Positions 20,195-31,514 of a stretch of DNA of 64,000 nt are shown here, piece after piece. The translations under genes were made by a program, and so were the position numbers. Position 1 is the stretch's first letter; the number at the start of each line of letters is the position of its first letter. The stretch is from an uncultured Gemmatimonadales bacterium (GTDB taxonomy: Bacteria; Gemmatimonadota; Gemmatimonadetes; Gemmatimonadales; GWC2-71-9), in the NCBI GenBank assembly GCA_963821525.1, contig CAWGED010000019.1, forward strand, positions 576,001 to 640,000, in the 5' to 3' direction. The notes beneath the pieces are model-generated. The model searched no databases, had not been told where the DNA came from, and worked only from the letters and a program-made list of their open reading frames with translations.

Positions 20195-22541
20195 GCACGA
20201 TTCCGGAATCACTCATTGCCGCCCTCGCCGACCACTACAGGATCGAGCGGGAGCTGGGCCGGGGCGGGATGGCGGTCGTCTATCTCGCCGAAGACCTGAA
20301 GCACCACCGGCGGGTCGCGATCAAGGTGCTCAAGCCGGAACTCTCCGCGATAGTCGGGAGCGAGCGGTTTCTCCGGGAGATCGAGATCGCGGCGACGCTG
20401 CAACATCCTCACATCCTTCCGCTCTTTGACTCCGGACAAGTGACCGCAGGTCATCCCGAGCGAAGCGAGGGACCCCAGTCGTTCCTCTACTACGTGATGC
20501 CATTTGTCGAGGGTGAATCGCTACGGGAGCGGCTTACCCGGGAGACGCGGCTTCCCCTCGACACCGCTCTGCAGATCATCCGCGAAATCGGGAGTGCGCT
20601 GCAGTACGCCCACGAGCACAATGTGGTGCATCGAGATGTCAAACCAGAGAACGTCATGCTGTCCGGAGGCCATGCCGTCGTGGCGGACTTCGGCATCGCC
20701 CGGGCACTGCAGGCCAATGCGGAGCAGCTGACCATCACGGCATGGTGGTTGGTACCCCGCAGTACATGAGCCCGGAACAGGCCAGCGGTGAGGTCGTGGA
20801 CGGCCGGTGCGATCAGTACAGCCTGGCTTGCACCTTGTACGAGATGCTGGCCGGCAAGCCGCCCTTCGTCGGGCCCACGCCCCTCGTGGTCCTGGCCCAC
20901 CACTCGGCCGCGCCGATCCCGAGCTTGCGTGGGAGCCGGGAGGACGTGCCGGCAGCGGTAGCGGGTGCCGTTGCGAAGGCGATGGCCAAGCGGTCTGCGG
21001 ATCGCTTCCCCTCGATACCCCAGTTTCTCGATGCGCTGGATCCGCGGCAGATGACCGCCGTCATGCCGGTCTCGTCTCAACGCCGCTCGAGGCAAGCGAC
21101 TGCGATCGCGGCTGGCGCACTTCTGGTTGCGGCCTTGTGGTGGGTAATCATGAAACGCGGATCCCACCCGGTGCCGAGCGGAGTCACCGCGATCGCGGTG
21201 CTTCCCTTCCTCGATTTGGCCGGTAGCCCGGACACGACCTACCTGGGACTCGGAATGACCGATGGGCTCATCGCCGATCTGGCTGAGGTGGGCTCGCTGA
21301 AGGTCATCTCACGCTCCTCCGGTGCGACGGCCCAGGGCGCGGCACGATCGCTCGCGGATCTGAGCAGCGAGCTGGGAATTCAAGGCGTAGTGCAGGGCTG
21401 GATCGGCAGGATCGCCGATACGGTTCGCGTGAGGCTGCGATTCCTTCACGCCCCAGACAGCACAATACTTTTTGCGAAGGATTATCAGCGTCGCCTCGGT
21501 GAGCTGCCGGACCTGCAGCGGGAGATCGCGACGGCCCTCACCGGCTCAATCGGCGCAAGCGTCAAGGGGACCGAACAAAGCCGGCTCGCTGTACGCGGCG
21601 CAGTGGAGCAGCGCGCCTATGAAGCGTTCCTTCGCGGCCGGTTCTACCTGGAGCAGGAGGAAGTGGAACTGGCACGGGCCCAGTTCGAGCAGGCGAGCCG
21701 TATCGCACCGGACTGGGCCCCTCCTTACGTGGGCATGGCGAACTACTACACATCGCTTCCTTTCTACACCGACGTTCCACCGGCGGTGGTGCTGCCCAAG
21801 GCCCGTGCGGCGCTGGTCCATGCCCTGCAGCTGGACGAGACCCTGGCCGAGGCGCACGCGGTCAACGCCTACATCCGGGCCTACTATGAATGGGACTGGC
21901 GCGCGGCAGAGCAGGAGTTCAGGCGGGCCCTCGAGCTGAGGCCCAACTATGCAGACGCGTACTTTTCCTACAGTCGCTTTCTGGCCTCACAGCGCCGCTT
22001 CGATGAGGCCATTGCCCAACTCGGCCACGCCGTGGAGCTGGACCCGCTCTCTCTTTCCCTCCAGACCAACCGCGCCCTGCTCGAGTACTTCGCCGGACGC
22101 TACGACAAGGCCAAGCAGGGGCTCATGGACGTGCTCAAGAGCGACTCCACCGACAGGCTGTCCAAATGGGGGCTGGCACTGGTTGCCGAGCAGCAGGGGC
22201 GGGTGGATGAAGCGATCACGATCCTGGAGCGATTAGGCGGGACTAGCCTCAACACCAAGTCTTCGCTGGGTCATGCCTATGGGCTTGCGGGGCGAGCCAC
22301 GCAGGCCCGGAGTGTCCTGCGCCTCCTTCAGACCGAAGCCGAGCGCAGCTACGTGCCATCCTATTTCTTTGCACTCGTGCACACCGGGCTGGGCGAGCGT
22401 GATCAGGCGCTCCGGTATCTTGAAAAGGCTTATGAGGAGCGTTCTACCGTGTTGGCCTATGTCCAGATCGATCCGCGATTGGCCTCGCTCAGGACGGAGC
22501 CACGGTTTGTGGCTCTGGTCCGGCGTCTCAACGGCGAGTGA
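20191..22541 (+). CDS. K8: Ser/Thr kinase - TM - TolB-N-like - TPR (frameshift ~20740)
   Basis: [11 protein letters not shown] and [35 protein letters not shown], TPRs, C-terminal [13 protein letters not shown]. Start overlaps the K7 stop. Confidence 0.92.
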
Positions 22542-22596
22542 ATCGTGCCTTCATCCGCGGACGAGCAGACTCACGACTCACGACTCACGACGACCA

Positions 22597-25220
22597 TTGA
22601 CCATCGACCATCGACTCTCGACCTCGCTCGCCGACCGCTACCGCATCGAGCGGGAGCTGGGTCAGGGCGGCATGGCGACCGTGTATCTCGCCGAAGATCT
22701 CAAGCACCACCGGAAGGTCGCGATCAAGGTTCTCCGGCCGGAGCTCGCCGCGGTCGTCGGAGCCGACCGTTTCGTGCGGGAAATCGAGACCACCGCCGGC
22801 CTGCAGCATCCCCACATCCTCGGACTCATCGATTCCGGCGAGGTGAATGGCACCGCGTACTACGTCATGCCGTTCGTCGAGGGCGAGTCGCTGCGCGACC
22901 GGATCACCCGGGAGAAGCAGCTCCCGCTGGATGACGCACTGCGCATCGCACGGGAGGTCGCGGATGCGTTGAGCTACGCCCACAACAAGGGCGTCATTCA
23001 TCGCGACATCAAGCCGGAGAATATCCTGCTGACCAGCGGTCACGCGGTGGTCGCCGACTTCGGCATCGCCCGGGCCATCAGCGCGGCGGGCGGCGAACGG
23101 CTCACCGAGACCGGACTCGCGGTCGGCACGCCGGCGTACATGAGCCCGGAACAGGCCGCCGGGAGATCGCGACCTCGATGGGCGCAGCGACCTGTACGCG
23201 CTGGCCTGCGTACTCTACGAAATGCTGGCGGGTGAGCCGCCCTTCAGGGGACCAACAGTCGAGGCCGTAGTCCGGCAGCATCTCACCGTCGAGCCGCGAT
23301 CGGTCACCCAGTTACGGCCCGCGGTGCCGGCGGAAGTGGCGGAGGCACTGAACCGCGCGCTGGCCAAGACGCCGGCGGACCGGTTCAATCCAGTAGGGCA
23401 GTTCTCGGAGGCGTTGGGACGAGGAACCTTCGCGCCTCGCGATGGCGGGACTCGCGTCGTCTCCTGCCCCGCGCTCCAGCGCACCGGTCATCGCCGCACT
23501 TGCCATCCTCGCCCTCGGCGCGATCGGCATATGGTATTGGCGCCATCGTGGTCCTGCTCCGCTCGAAGTGCAACGGCGGACTCAGGTGACGATCGATCCC
23601 GGACTCGAGCTCGATCCGGCGCTCTCCCCCGATGGGAAGTTCATCGCCTACTCCGGGCCGAAGGGCGCGCTGATGGTGCGGCAGGTCGAAGGCGGGGTGC
23701 CAATCGCGGTCGTGCGCGATGGCGGCGGGACCGGGCGCTGGCCCACCTGGACGCCTGATGGTCAGCGTATCCTCTATATGTCGCAGCGCGGGATCGAGAT
23801 CGTGCCGGCGCTGGGCGGAAGCTCCCGTCTCCTGATGGCAGACAGCGCCAGGCCCCGCGGAGTGGCCATCGCGCCTGACGGGAAGTCGTTCGCGTTTGCC
23901 TCCCACGACTCCATTTTTGCCAAGCCGCTGGATGGCGGAGCGCCGCGACTCGTCACCGTGGGTTGGGAGGTGCATTCCTATGCCTGGTCGCCTGACGGCC
24001 GCTGGATCGCCTTCGTCTCGGGCAACCGCAGTACATCAACTCCAGCGACCTGGGGAACTTCGCGCCGAGCAGCATCTGGATAGCTCCGGCGGCCGGTGGC
24101 GCTTCGATTCGGGTGACCGACGACCAGTTCCTGAACGTCAGTCCCGCCTGGACTCGGCGGGGATCCCTGCTCTACCTCTCCTCTCGCGACGGGGGCCGCG
24201 ATGCATACGAGGTCAATCTGACCCGCTCCGGGGCGCCATCGGGTGCGCCTTCCCGACTCACCACCGGCCTCAATGCACTCAGCATCAGCATGTCGCTGGA
24301 CGGCAGCCGCTTCGCCTACTCGGCGTTCAGCGAGACGTCGAACATCTGGTCCATCGCCATTCCCACGAGCGGTGCCGTTTCGATCTCGCAAGCCACTCCG
24401 GTGACCGCCGGAAGCCAGATCATCGAGAACATCGGGGTGTCGCATGATGGTCAATGGGTTGCGTTCAGTTCTGATCGAGGCGCGGGTTCCCAGATCTACC
24501 GCCTGCGACTGGGCCCGGGGCCGGGGAACCGCAGCAGCTGACATCCGACTCTGTAGGCGCGTACTGGGCCGATTGGTCTCCTGATGGAAGGGAAATCGCC
24601 TTTCATGAATTCGTTGGGGATCACCGCGAAGTTTTCGTCATGTCCTCGGATGGGAACTCCCCCGTCCAGGTCACGAGAGGTGCGGGACGACGAGCGCTCA
24701 CCGGACTGGTCTCCGGACGGCAGGCACCTGATCCTGATCGCGAACTGGGGCACCCACCCTGCCCTTCACATAGTGACGCGCGGCCAGGATGGGAAATGGT
24801 CAGCGCCGCAGCCGTTTACCATCGTCATCGGCTCTGACACCATTGCCACGCGAATCGGGTCGTGGTCCCCCGATGGCAAGTACATCGCGTGTGGATGTGG
24901 CCCGGGAGGGGTTGTGCTCGCTCCGGTGGCGGGCGGCTCGGCCCGCCGACTGGCCTCTCCGTTCCCAACCAATGGCTGGACCTTTCCGCAATGGTCGGCG
25001 GATGGGAAAGTCATTTACCATATCGTCGAGGATTCGGGCAGGGTAATGGGCGTCGCCGCGGTTCCGGTTTCCGGAGCGCCGCCCCGACTCGTCCTGCGCT
25101 TCGATGACCCGGCACGTCCCTGGCACCGCTATGGATTCCGGGTTCGCGGCGACCGGATCTATTTCACCCTGGGCGACCTGCAGAGCGACATCTGGGTCGC
25201 ACGAGGTAGGGAGACAATGA
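22597..25220 (+). CDS. K9: Ser/Thr kinase - TM - TolB/PD40 propeller (several frameshifts; uncorrected frame runs to 25270)
   Basis: Kinase motifs in ORF 22273, TM VIAALAILALGAIGIWYW, WSPDG repeats, C-terminal SDIWVA. Confidence 0.88.
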
Positions 25221-25266
25221 GGCGATTTCAAATTGGCAAATTTCAAGTTTGCAAATTTCTGATTTC

Positions 25267-25296
25267 ATGACCATCGACCAGCGACTTTCGACCGCC
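25267..25296 (+). pseudogene. Minimal kinase start stub (MTIDQRLSTA) after AT-rich 7/8-mer repeats
   Basis: 25268-25295 is identical to the K12 start 31960-31987 and is out of frame with K10. Confidence 0.65.
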
Positions 25297-25328
25297 CCTT
25301 CGGCGCCAAAGCATCCTCTGGAGTCAGG

Positions 25329-27959
25329 ATGAGTAGTGAGCGCCTCAGGGCAAGCCTCTCCGACCGCTACCGCATCGAGCGGGAGTTGGGCCAAGGCGGC
25401 ATGGCGACGGTATACCTCGCCGAGGACCAGAAGCACCGGCGCAAGGTCGCGATCAAGGTGCTCCGGCCGGAACTCGCCGCGGTGATCGGCGCGGATCGGT
25501 TCGTCAGAGAGATTCAGACGATCGCCGCGCTGCAGCATCCCCACATCCTGGGCCTCATTGACTCGGGTGAGGTGAATGGCACCGCCTACTACGTGATGCC
25601 GTTCGTGGAAGGCGAATCACTCCGGGACCGCCTCAATCGGGAGAAGCAGCTCCCCATTCCCGATGCGATCCGCTTCGCGACCGAAGTGGCAGGGGCCCTC
25701 GACTACGCCCACCGGCACGGCGTCATTCATCGCGACATCAAACCTGAAAACGTGATGTTGCACGATGGCTCCGCTCTGGTGACCGACTTCGGCATCGCGT
25801 TGGCAGTCACCTCGGCGGGTGGAAACCGGATGACCGAGACGGGGATGTCGCTGGGCACCCCGCACTACATGAGCCCCGAGCAGGCGATGGGCGAACGGGA
25901 GATTACCGCCCGGAGCGACATCTACGCCCTCGGTGCGATGACCTACGAGATGTTGACCGGCGAGCCTCCGTTCAGCGGACCTACGGCCCAGGCGATCGTC
26001 GCCAAGGTGCTCACCGAGGAACCGAGACCTCTTGTCCCGCGACGCCACACCATTCCGGCAAACGTCGAGGACGCAGTGCTGACTGCTTTAGAGAAGCTCC
26101 CCGCCGACCGCTTCGGAACTGCGCAGGAGTTTGCCAATGCACTGAAAGACGGAAAGGCGGAGACCCGGGAAGAAAGAAGACGACAGTCGAGCGCGCCTGC
26201 ATCGCAGCATCGCCTCCCGTTGATGGTTGGAGCAATCGCGCTGCTCGGGGCTGCGTTCTGGCTGGGGCGCGGAAGTGCCCGCAGTGAACCGCTGCCCCTG
26301 AGTTTCGGCCCGGCGATCAAGGTGACCTGGGATCCTGCGATGGAAGTCCTCCCCGCCATTTCCCCGGACGGGAAGAGCGTCGCCTACGCAAGCGGGAACA
26401 GCACTCGCACCCGGATCTTCGTCCGTTCGATCGCTGGAGGTCGGTCCATTGCCCTCACCGACGACACCAGCCAGGTGCAGTCCCATCCCCGCTGGTCGCC
26501 GGACGGAAGTCGAGTGCTGTTCCTCCAACGGGGAGGGGTGTTCAGCGTCCCGGCCTCTGGTGGAGCGGAAACGCCGGAGGTCCCACCGAGCCGGACCAGT
26601 CCCGTGGGGTCGGCGGCCTGGTCCCCGGATGGCAAGAGCATCGGATACGTCATCGGAGACTCGCTGTTCGTTCGTGATCCGGGAGGCGCGTCTCGGGCGA
26701 TTGCGGGTTTCTTCGAGCCCAGCGGTTGTCAGTGGAGTCCCGATGGGGAGTACATCGCGTGTACCTCGGGCAATGCGGTGTCGACCACGATCGGCCAGCT
26801 CTTTGGAAATCTCTCTCCCAGCAAGATCGTCACCGTCCGCGTCAAGGACGGCTTGGTCTCTCCCATCACCGATAGCCTTTCGTTTAATCTGAGTCCCATC
26901 TGGTCGCCCGATGGCCGGTGGCTCTATTTCGTCTCCAATCGCTATGGCCCTCGTGACGTGTTCGGGGTGCGGATGAGCGGGGGCAAGCCCTCGGGAACGG
27001 TCTTGCGATTGACTACGGGGCTCAAGGCACACACGATCTCGATTTCTGCCGATGGGCAGCGGCTGGCCTTCGCCAACTTTGAGGTCGAAAGCAATGCCTG
27101 GTCGTTCCCGATCCCAGCCCATCCACCGGTGATCGCCACGGGCGAAACCCAGCTCACCTTCGGGATGCAGCTGGTGGAGTCGGCCGATCTTTCCCCTGAC
27201 GGACGCTGGCTACTCTATGACTCCGACGTGAGCGGGAACGCAGATGCGTATCGGATGCTGCTGCCAAACGGTACCCCGGAGCAACTGACTACCGACCCCA
27301 GCGATGACTTCTTCCCCACCTATTCGCCCGATGGCAAAGAGGTCGCTTTTCATTCCTGGCGGGGAGGATCGCGTGACGTCTACGTCTTGCCGCTCGATGG
27401 CGGCCCACTTCAACGGGTGAGTTCCTCGCCCCGCCAGGAAGCGATCGCGGACTGGTCACCCGACGGCAACCACCTCACCTTCTCCGATTTCTCCAGCACC
27501 GGTGGGATCTGGACCGCCGAGCGACGCAACGGCGTGTGGCAGCAGCCGGTGCTGCGGCTCTCCCACGGATACTGGTCCCGCTGGTCCCCCGACGGCGGAT
27601 TCATCGCGTTCAGCAGCCAGCTTGCCGGCGGCTCCATCTGGGTCATGCCGGCGGACTCGGGTCCGCCGCGCCTCCTCGCCGATTCGACCGGGCCCGACGC
27701 CTTCGTCGGCGATCAGCCAGTGTGGACATCAGACGGGCAATCGATCATCTCCCGCCGGGACACTCCGGAAGGGGCGACCCAGTTCTGGTCGGTCCCCGTT
27801 CACGACGGCCCTCCCCGGTTACTCATCACCTTCAATGCCGGGGGCCTGACGCCGAGTCGCGGAGGATGGGTAGTTCGGGCCAATCGCTTCGTGTTTACCG
27901 CGCAGGCCCAGCAAAGCGACGTGTGGGTGATGGAGGTCGGTGGGGCCTCAAGGAGATAG
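25329..27959 (+). CDS. K10: Ser/Thr kinase - TM - TolB/PD40 propeller (intact)
   Basis: 876-aa ORF with kinase motifs, TM LPLMVGAIALLGAAFWL, WSPDG repeats and C-terminal SDVWV. Confidence 0.95.
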   Translation: MSSERLRASLSDRYRIERELGQGGMATVYLAEDQKHRRKVAIKVLRPELAAVIGADRFVREIQTIAALQHPHILGLIDSGEVNGTAYYVMPFVEGESLRDRLNREKQLPIPDAIRFATEVAGALDYAHRHGVIHRDIKPENVMLHDGSALVTDFGIALAVTSAGGNRMTETGMSLGTPHYMSPEQAMGEREITARSDIYALGAMTYEMLTGEPPFSGPTAQAIVAKVLTEEPRPLVPRRHTIPANVEDAVLTALEKLPADRFGTAQEFANALKDGKAETREERRRQSSAPASQHRLPLMVGAIALLGAAFWLGRGSARSEPLPLSFGPAIKVTWDPAMEVLPAISPDGKSVAYASGNSTRTRIFVRSIAGGRSIALTDDTSQVQSHPRWSPDGSRVLFLQRGGVFSVPASGGAETPEVPPSRTSPVGSAAWSPDGKSIGYVIGDSLFVRDPGGASRAIAGFFEPSGCQWSPDGEYIACTSGNAVSTTIGQLFGNLSPSKIVTVRVKDGLVSPITDSLSFNLSPIWSPDGRWLYFVSNRYGPRDVFGVRMSGGKPSGTVLRLTTGLKAHTISISADGQRLAFANFEVESNAWSFPIPAHPPVIATGETQLTFGMQLVESADLSPDGRWLLYDSDVSGNADAYRMLLPNGTPEQLTTDPSDDFFPTYSPDGKEVAFHSWRGGSRDVYVLPLDGGPLQRVSSSPRQEAIADWSPDGNHLTFSDFSSTGGIWTAERRNGVWQQPVLRLSHGYWSRWSPDGGFIAFSSQLAGGSIWVMPADSGPPRLLADSTGPDAFVGDQPVWTSDGQSIISRRDTPEGATQFWSVPVHDGPPRLLITFNAGGLTPSRGGWVVRANRFVFTAQAQQSDVWVMEVGGASRR

Positions 27960-28088
27960 TCGTGGGTCGTGGGTCTTGAGTCACGACCAACGACCACGGT
28001 CAAATTGTCCCGCGTTTCCGGAGCCTGAGCGGTCCGCGCTCTGGCGTGTTCTGCACTGCCCGCCCATCTTTGCGGCCACCAGCCACTC

Positions 28089-29558
28089 ATGCAGCCAATT
28101 CCCGAACGTCTAAAAGCAGCCCTTGCCGACCGCTACCACCTCGAACGGGAGGTGGGACAAGGCGGAATGGCCACCGTGTACCTGGCCGAAGACCTGAAGC
28201 ACCACCGGAAGGTGGCGCTCAAGGTGCTCCGCCCGGAACTTGCAGCGGCACTCGGCTCCGAGCGTTTTGTCCGTGAAGTCGAAATCGCGGCCCATCTGCA
28301 ACACCCCCACATCTTGCCACTCTTTGACTCGGGCGAGGCCGACGGCTTCCTCTACTACGTGATGCCCTTCGTCGATGGCGAGTCCTTGCGGGAGCGGCTC
28401 AAGCGCGAACGAGCAATCCCCATCGTCGAAGGAGTACGCATCCTTCGCGAGGTAGTGGACGCGCTGGCCTACGCGCATCAGCACGGCGTCGTGCACCGCG
28501 ACATCAAGCCCGATAACGTGATGCTCTCCGGCCGGCACGCAGTGGTCACCGACTTCGGCGTGGCCAAGGCCGTGAGCGCAGCGGGTCAGGACAAGCTCAC
28601 GACTGTCGGCGTGGCCCTCGGTACTCCGGCATACATGGCGCCGGAGCAGGCCATGGGCGAGACCAATCTCGATCAGCGGGCCGATATCTACTCGGTCGGT
28701 GCGCTGGCCTACGAGCTTTTCACCGGTTCGCCCCCGTTCGACAAGGCCACCGCGCAAGCGCTGCTTTCGGCCCACGTCCTCGAGAAGCCGGTCCCTCCTT
28801 TGACCCGGCGTGCGGAGATGGCGCCCGCCTTGTCGGACCTGGTGATGCGCTGCCTCGAAAAGGAAAAGGACGCGCGCTACCAGACCGCTGATGAGATGAT
28901 CCCCGCCCTCGAGGTTCTGGGCACCCCTAGCGGCGGGGTCACTCCCACGCACACCCGTCCCCTGCTGGCGGCCAAGATCAGGCGAGGGCGGAGCGGGGGC
29001 ATCGTCGGTCTCGTCGCCGCGGCGCTCGTTGTGCTCGCAATGGCGGGTTGGATGCTCTTCCGTCGACCAGGAACGGGCAGTGGAAGGATCAATCAGTTGG
29101 CCGTGCTCCCAATTCAGGACCTTTCGGGGAAGGATCAGGTGTTCGTGGATGCCATGCACGACGCGTTGATCAGCGCCATCGCCCGGAAGCAGGTGGTGGG
29201 CGTGGTCTCCCGTTCGGCAGTGATGCGCTTCAAAGGCGCCTCCGGCACAACTGAGGAGATTGCAAGGGCGCTCCATGCCGATGCGGTCATCGAGGCCACC
29301 GTTTTCCGGGATGGTGACCGGATACGGATCAACGTCCAAATGACCGAACCCATTACCCTCCGCTACCTCTGGGCCCAAACCTATGAGCGAGATGTGAAGG
29401 ACGTGCTCGACGCCCAGCGGGAGATCGTAGACACCATCGCCGCCGAGGTGGCCGGCGCGCTCAAGGGACAGACTCCCGCGCCGCATGCCGGCGCCATGCT
29501 CAATCGACCCACAGGCGACCTTTACGTCCTCGTCCCCAGGGAGAAGCGGCCAACATGA
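28089..29558 (+). CDS. K11: Ser/Thr kinase - TM - TolB-N-like domain (no TPR)
   Basis: HRDIKPDN and DFG motifs, TM IVGLVAAALVVLAMAGWML, then LAVLPIQDLS…FVDAMHDALI. Confidence 0.92.
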   Translation: MQPIPERLKAALADRYHLEREVGQGGMATVYLAEDLKHHRKVALKVLRPELAAALGSERFVREVEIAAHLQHPHILPLFDSGEADGFLYYVMPFVDGESLRERLKRERAIPIVEGVRILREVVDALAYAHQHGVVHRDIKPDNVMLSGRHAVVTDFGVAKAVSAAGQDKLTTVGVALGTPAYMAPEQAMGETNLDQRADIYSVGALAYELFTGSPPFDKATAQALLSAHVLEKPVPPLTRRAEMAPALSDLVMRCLEKEKDARYQTADEMIPALEVLGTPSGGVTPTHTRPLLAAKIRRGRSGGIVGLVAAALVVLAMAGWMLFRRPGTGSGRINQLAVLPIQDLSGKDQVFVDAMHDALISAIARKQVVGVVSRSAVMRFKGASGTTEEIARALHADAVIEATVFRDGDRIRINVQMTEPITLRYLWAQTYERDVKDVLDAQREIVDTIAAEVAGALKGQTPAPHAGAMLNRPTGDLYVLVPREKRPT

Positions 29559-31486
29559 GAATCCCCCTTGTCGTGGTCACACTCGGCGCGCTGGCAGTCA
29601 TGGGGTGCCGTGAGAAATCCGCGGGAACGGAGCGCACAGTGCTCACACCGGGCGAAGGGACCTACCGCTACGCTCGCTACTCGCCCGACGGAACTCGCCT
29701 CGCGTTCGTTACCGACCAGGGGGGCAAGCTGGCCGTGTGGACAGCCGGGGCGGACGGGAGTCGGGCCCGGGCAGTAAGTCCGGCATCCAGTTGGTTGATG
29801 TACCCACGCTGGTCGCCGGACGGAAAGTCGATCGCGTATTTGTCGGATGCCGCGGCCCCGCCGGACGTGTGGGCAGTGCCGGCCGACAGCGGAGAAGCGC
29901 GGCGCCTGACGAGCGCACCGAGCCTGGAATTCAACGAGCGCTGGTCGCCCGACGGCAGCCGCATCCTCTATTCCGGTAATCAGTCGGGGAATTTCGACCT
30001 GTACATGGTCTCGCCCGAGGGAGGGGCATCCGAAATCCTGCCAGCCGGCGGGGGGAACAAGTTCGCCGAATGGTCGCCCGACGGGAAACGCATCCTGTAC
30101 AGCCGTGTCGAAGGAGGAAAGACCACGATCTGGGTCCTTACGCTCGACAGCAAGACGACGAAGCAGATCACGACCGAGGGCCATGAGACTCCCATAGAGT
30201 GGTCGCCGGACGGGAGAGAGATCCTCTACACCTCGGACCGCACCGGGCTGCGCGACGTGTGGGTGGTGCCGGTGGACAGCGGCGACCCACGGCAACTCAC
30301 CCGCGACATCCGCGGCGATTGGGCCCCGACCTGGTCGCCTGACGGACGCTGGGTGGCATATCTCTCGGGGGCCGGTGGGCAGCAGGATGTCTGGATCGTC
30401 GCAGCCCAGGGAGGTCAGCCGATCCGGGTCACGAACGACGCGGGAGAGGAGGAGCGACCTGATTTGGACGCCCGACGGCAAGGGGGTCACCTTCTCCTAC
30501 ACCGAAGGGGTCGCTCAGCTATGGGTGCAGCCCGTGGCGGGCGGCGAGCCGCGGCAGCTCACCACGGGCCTCAAGGAGCCGTTGGAGCCACAAGTCTCCC
30601 CGGACGGCAAGTGGGTCGCTTTCAACTCCTATCGAACGCGGGAAACAACGACGTGTGGGTCGTTGGCATTGCCGGCGGTGAACCCCGACAGCTCACCACC
30701 AGTGACGCTAACGACTTCACGCCTCGATGGTCGCCGGACGGGTCCCGCATCGCGTTCATCTCCTCCCGGAATGGGAATGACGACATCTGGGTCGTGCCAG
30801 CCTCGGGCGGCGAGCCCACCCGGCTTACCTCCTTCACCGGCGATGAGGGCGATCCCCAGTGGTCGCCGGATGGCCGCACCATCGCGTTCGATGCCAGCTT
30901 CGAAAGCTCAACCAACGACATCTGGAGCGTACCTGCGGAAGGCGGGACACCGACCCGGCTCACCCGACTCGGGAACGCCTCAACACCCCGGTGGTCTTCG
31001 GATGGGCGGACGATCGCATTCTTCATGGGAAAGACCGGCCAAGGCCAGATCGCTACCATCCCGGCAACCGGTGGTCAGCCGGTACAGCTCACGAGATCGG
31101 TATTCAGCGGCCTTCAAGAATGGTCGCCCGACGGCCGTCGGCTCGCGTTCGTAACTTTTACGGCGAAACAGTTCGAGGTGGCCATCATCGGAGCGGACGG
31201 TTCGAATCTCCGCACCCTCACGTCCAATGACGTGTGGGACCTCTTTCCGGTGTGGTCGCCGGACGGCTCAATGATCGCGTTCGCCACCCAGAACAAGGGC
31301 CACTACGACATCGCCGTGATGGATTCGTCGGGCGCGAACCTGCGGGTTCTTACCAACACGCCGGCAGACGAGGCGGCGCCCCAGTGGACGCCGGACGGAA
31401 AGTCGTTGGTCTTCTCTTCAGTCAACGAGAATCGCAAGCTGGTGACGGTACGGGTCGAGTCGTTGCTGGCGAGGAGTGCTCCTTGA
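29555..31486 (+). CDS. PD40/TolB-like multi-repeat beta-propeller lipoprotein
   Basis: Signal peptide with lipobox-like VMGC and about 14 W[ST]PDG-type repeats. A compensating frameshift pair lies at ~30460-30630. Confidence 0.88.
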   Translation: MRIPLVVVTLGALAVMGCREKSAGTERTVLTPGEGTYRYARYSPDGTRLAFVTDQGGKLAVWTAGADGSRARAVSPASSWLMYPRWSPDGKSIAYLSDAAAPPDVWAVPADSGEARRLTSAPSLEFNERWSPDGSRILYSGNQSGNFDLYMVSPEGGASEILPAGGGNKFAEWSPDGKRILYSRVEGGKTTIWVLTLDSKTTKQITTEGHETPIEWSPDGREILYTSDRTGLRDVWVVPVDSGDPRQLTRDIRGDWAPTWSPDGRWVAYLSGAGGQQDVWIVAAQGGQPIRVTNDAGEEERPDLDARRQGGHLLLHRRGRSAMGAARGGRRAAAAHHGPQGAVGATSLPGRQVGRFQLLSNAGNNDVWVVGIAGGEPRQLTTSDANDFTPRWSPDGSRIAFISSRNGNDDIWVVPASGGEPTRLTSFTGDEGDPQWSPDGRTIAFDASFESSTNDIWSVPAEGGTPTRLTRLGNASTPRWSSDGRTIAFFMGKTGQGQIATIPATGGQPVQLTRSVFSGLQEWSPDGRRLAFVTFTAKQFEVAIIGADGSNLRTLTSNDVWDLFPVWSPDGSMIAFATQNKGHYDIAVMDSSGANLRVLTNTPADEAAPQWTPDGKSLVFSSVNENRKLVTVRVESLLARSAP

Positions 31487-31514
31487 AAGTCGACTGTCAT
31501 GTGTCGTCGGTCGT

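Noticed and set aside
28048..28057. GTTCTGCACT shared upstream of K11 and K16 (56041)
   Set aside because: A single 10-mer in two places with no further flanking conservation could be chance.
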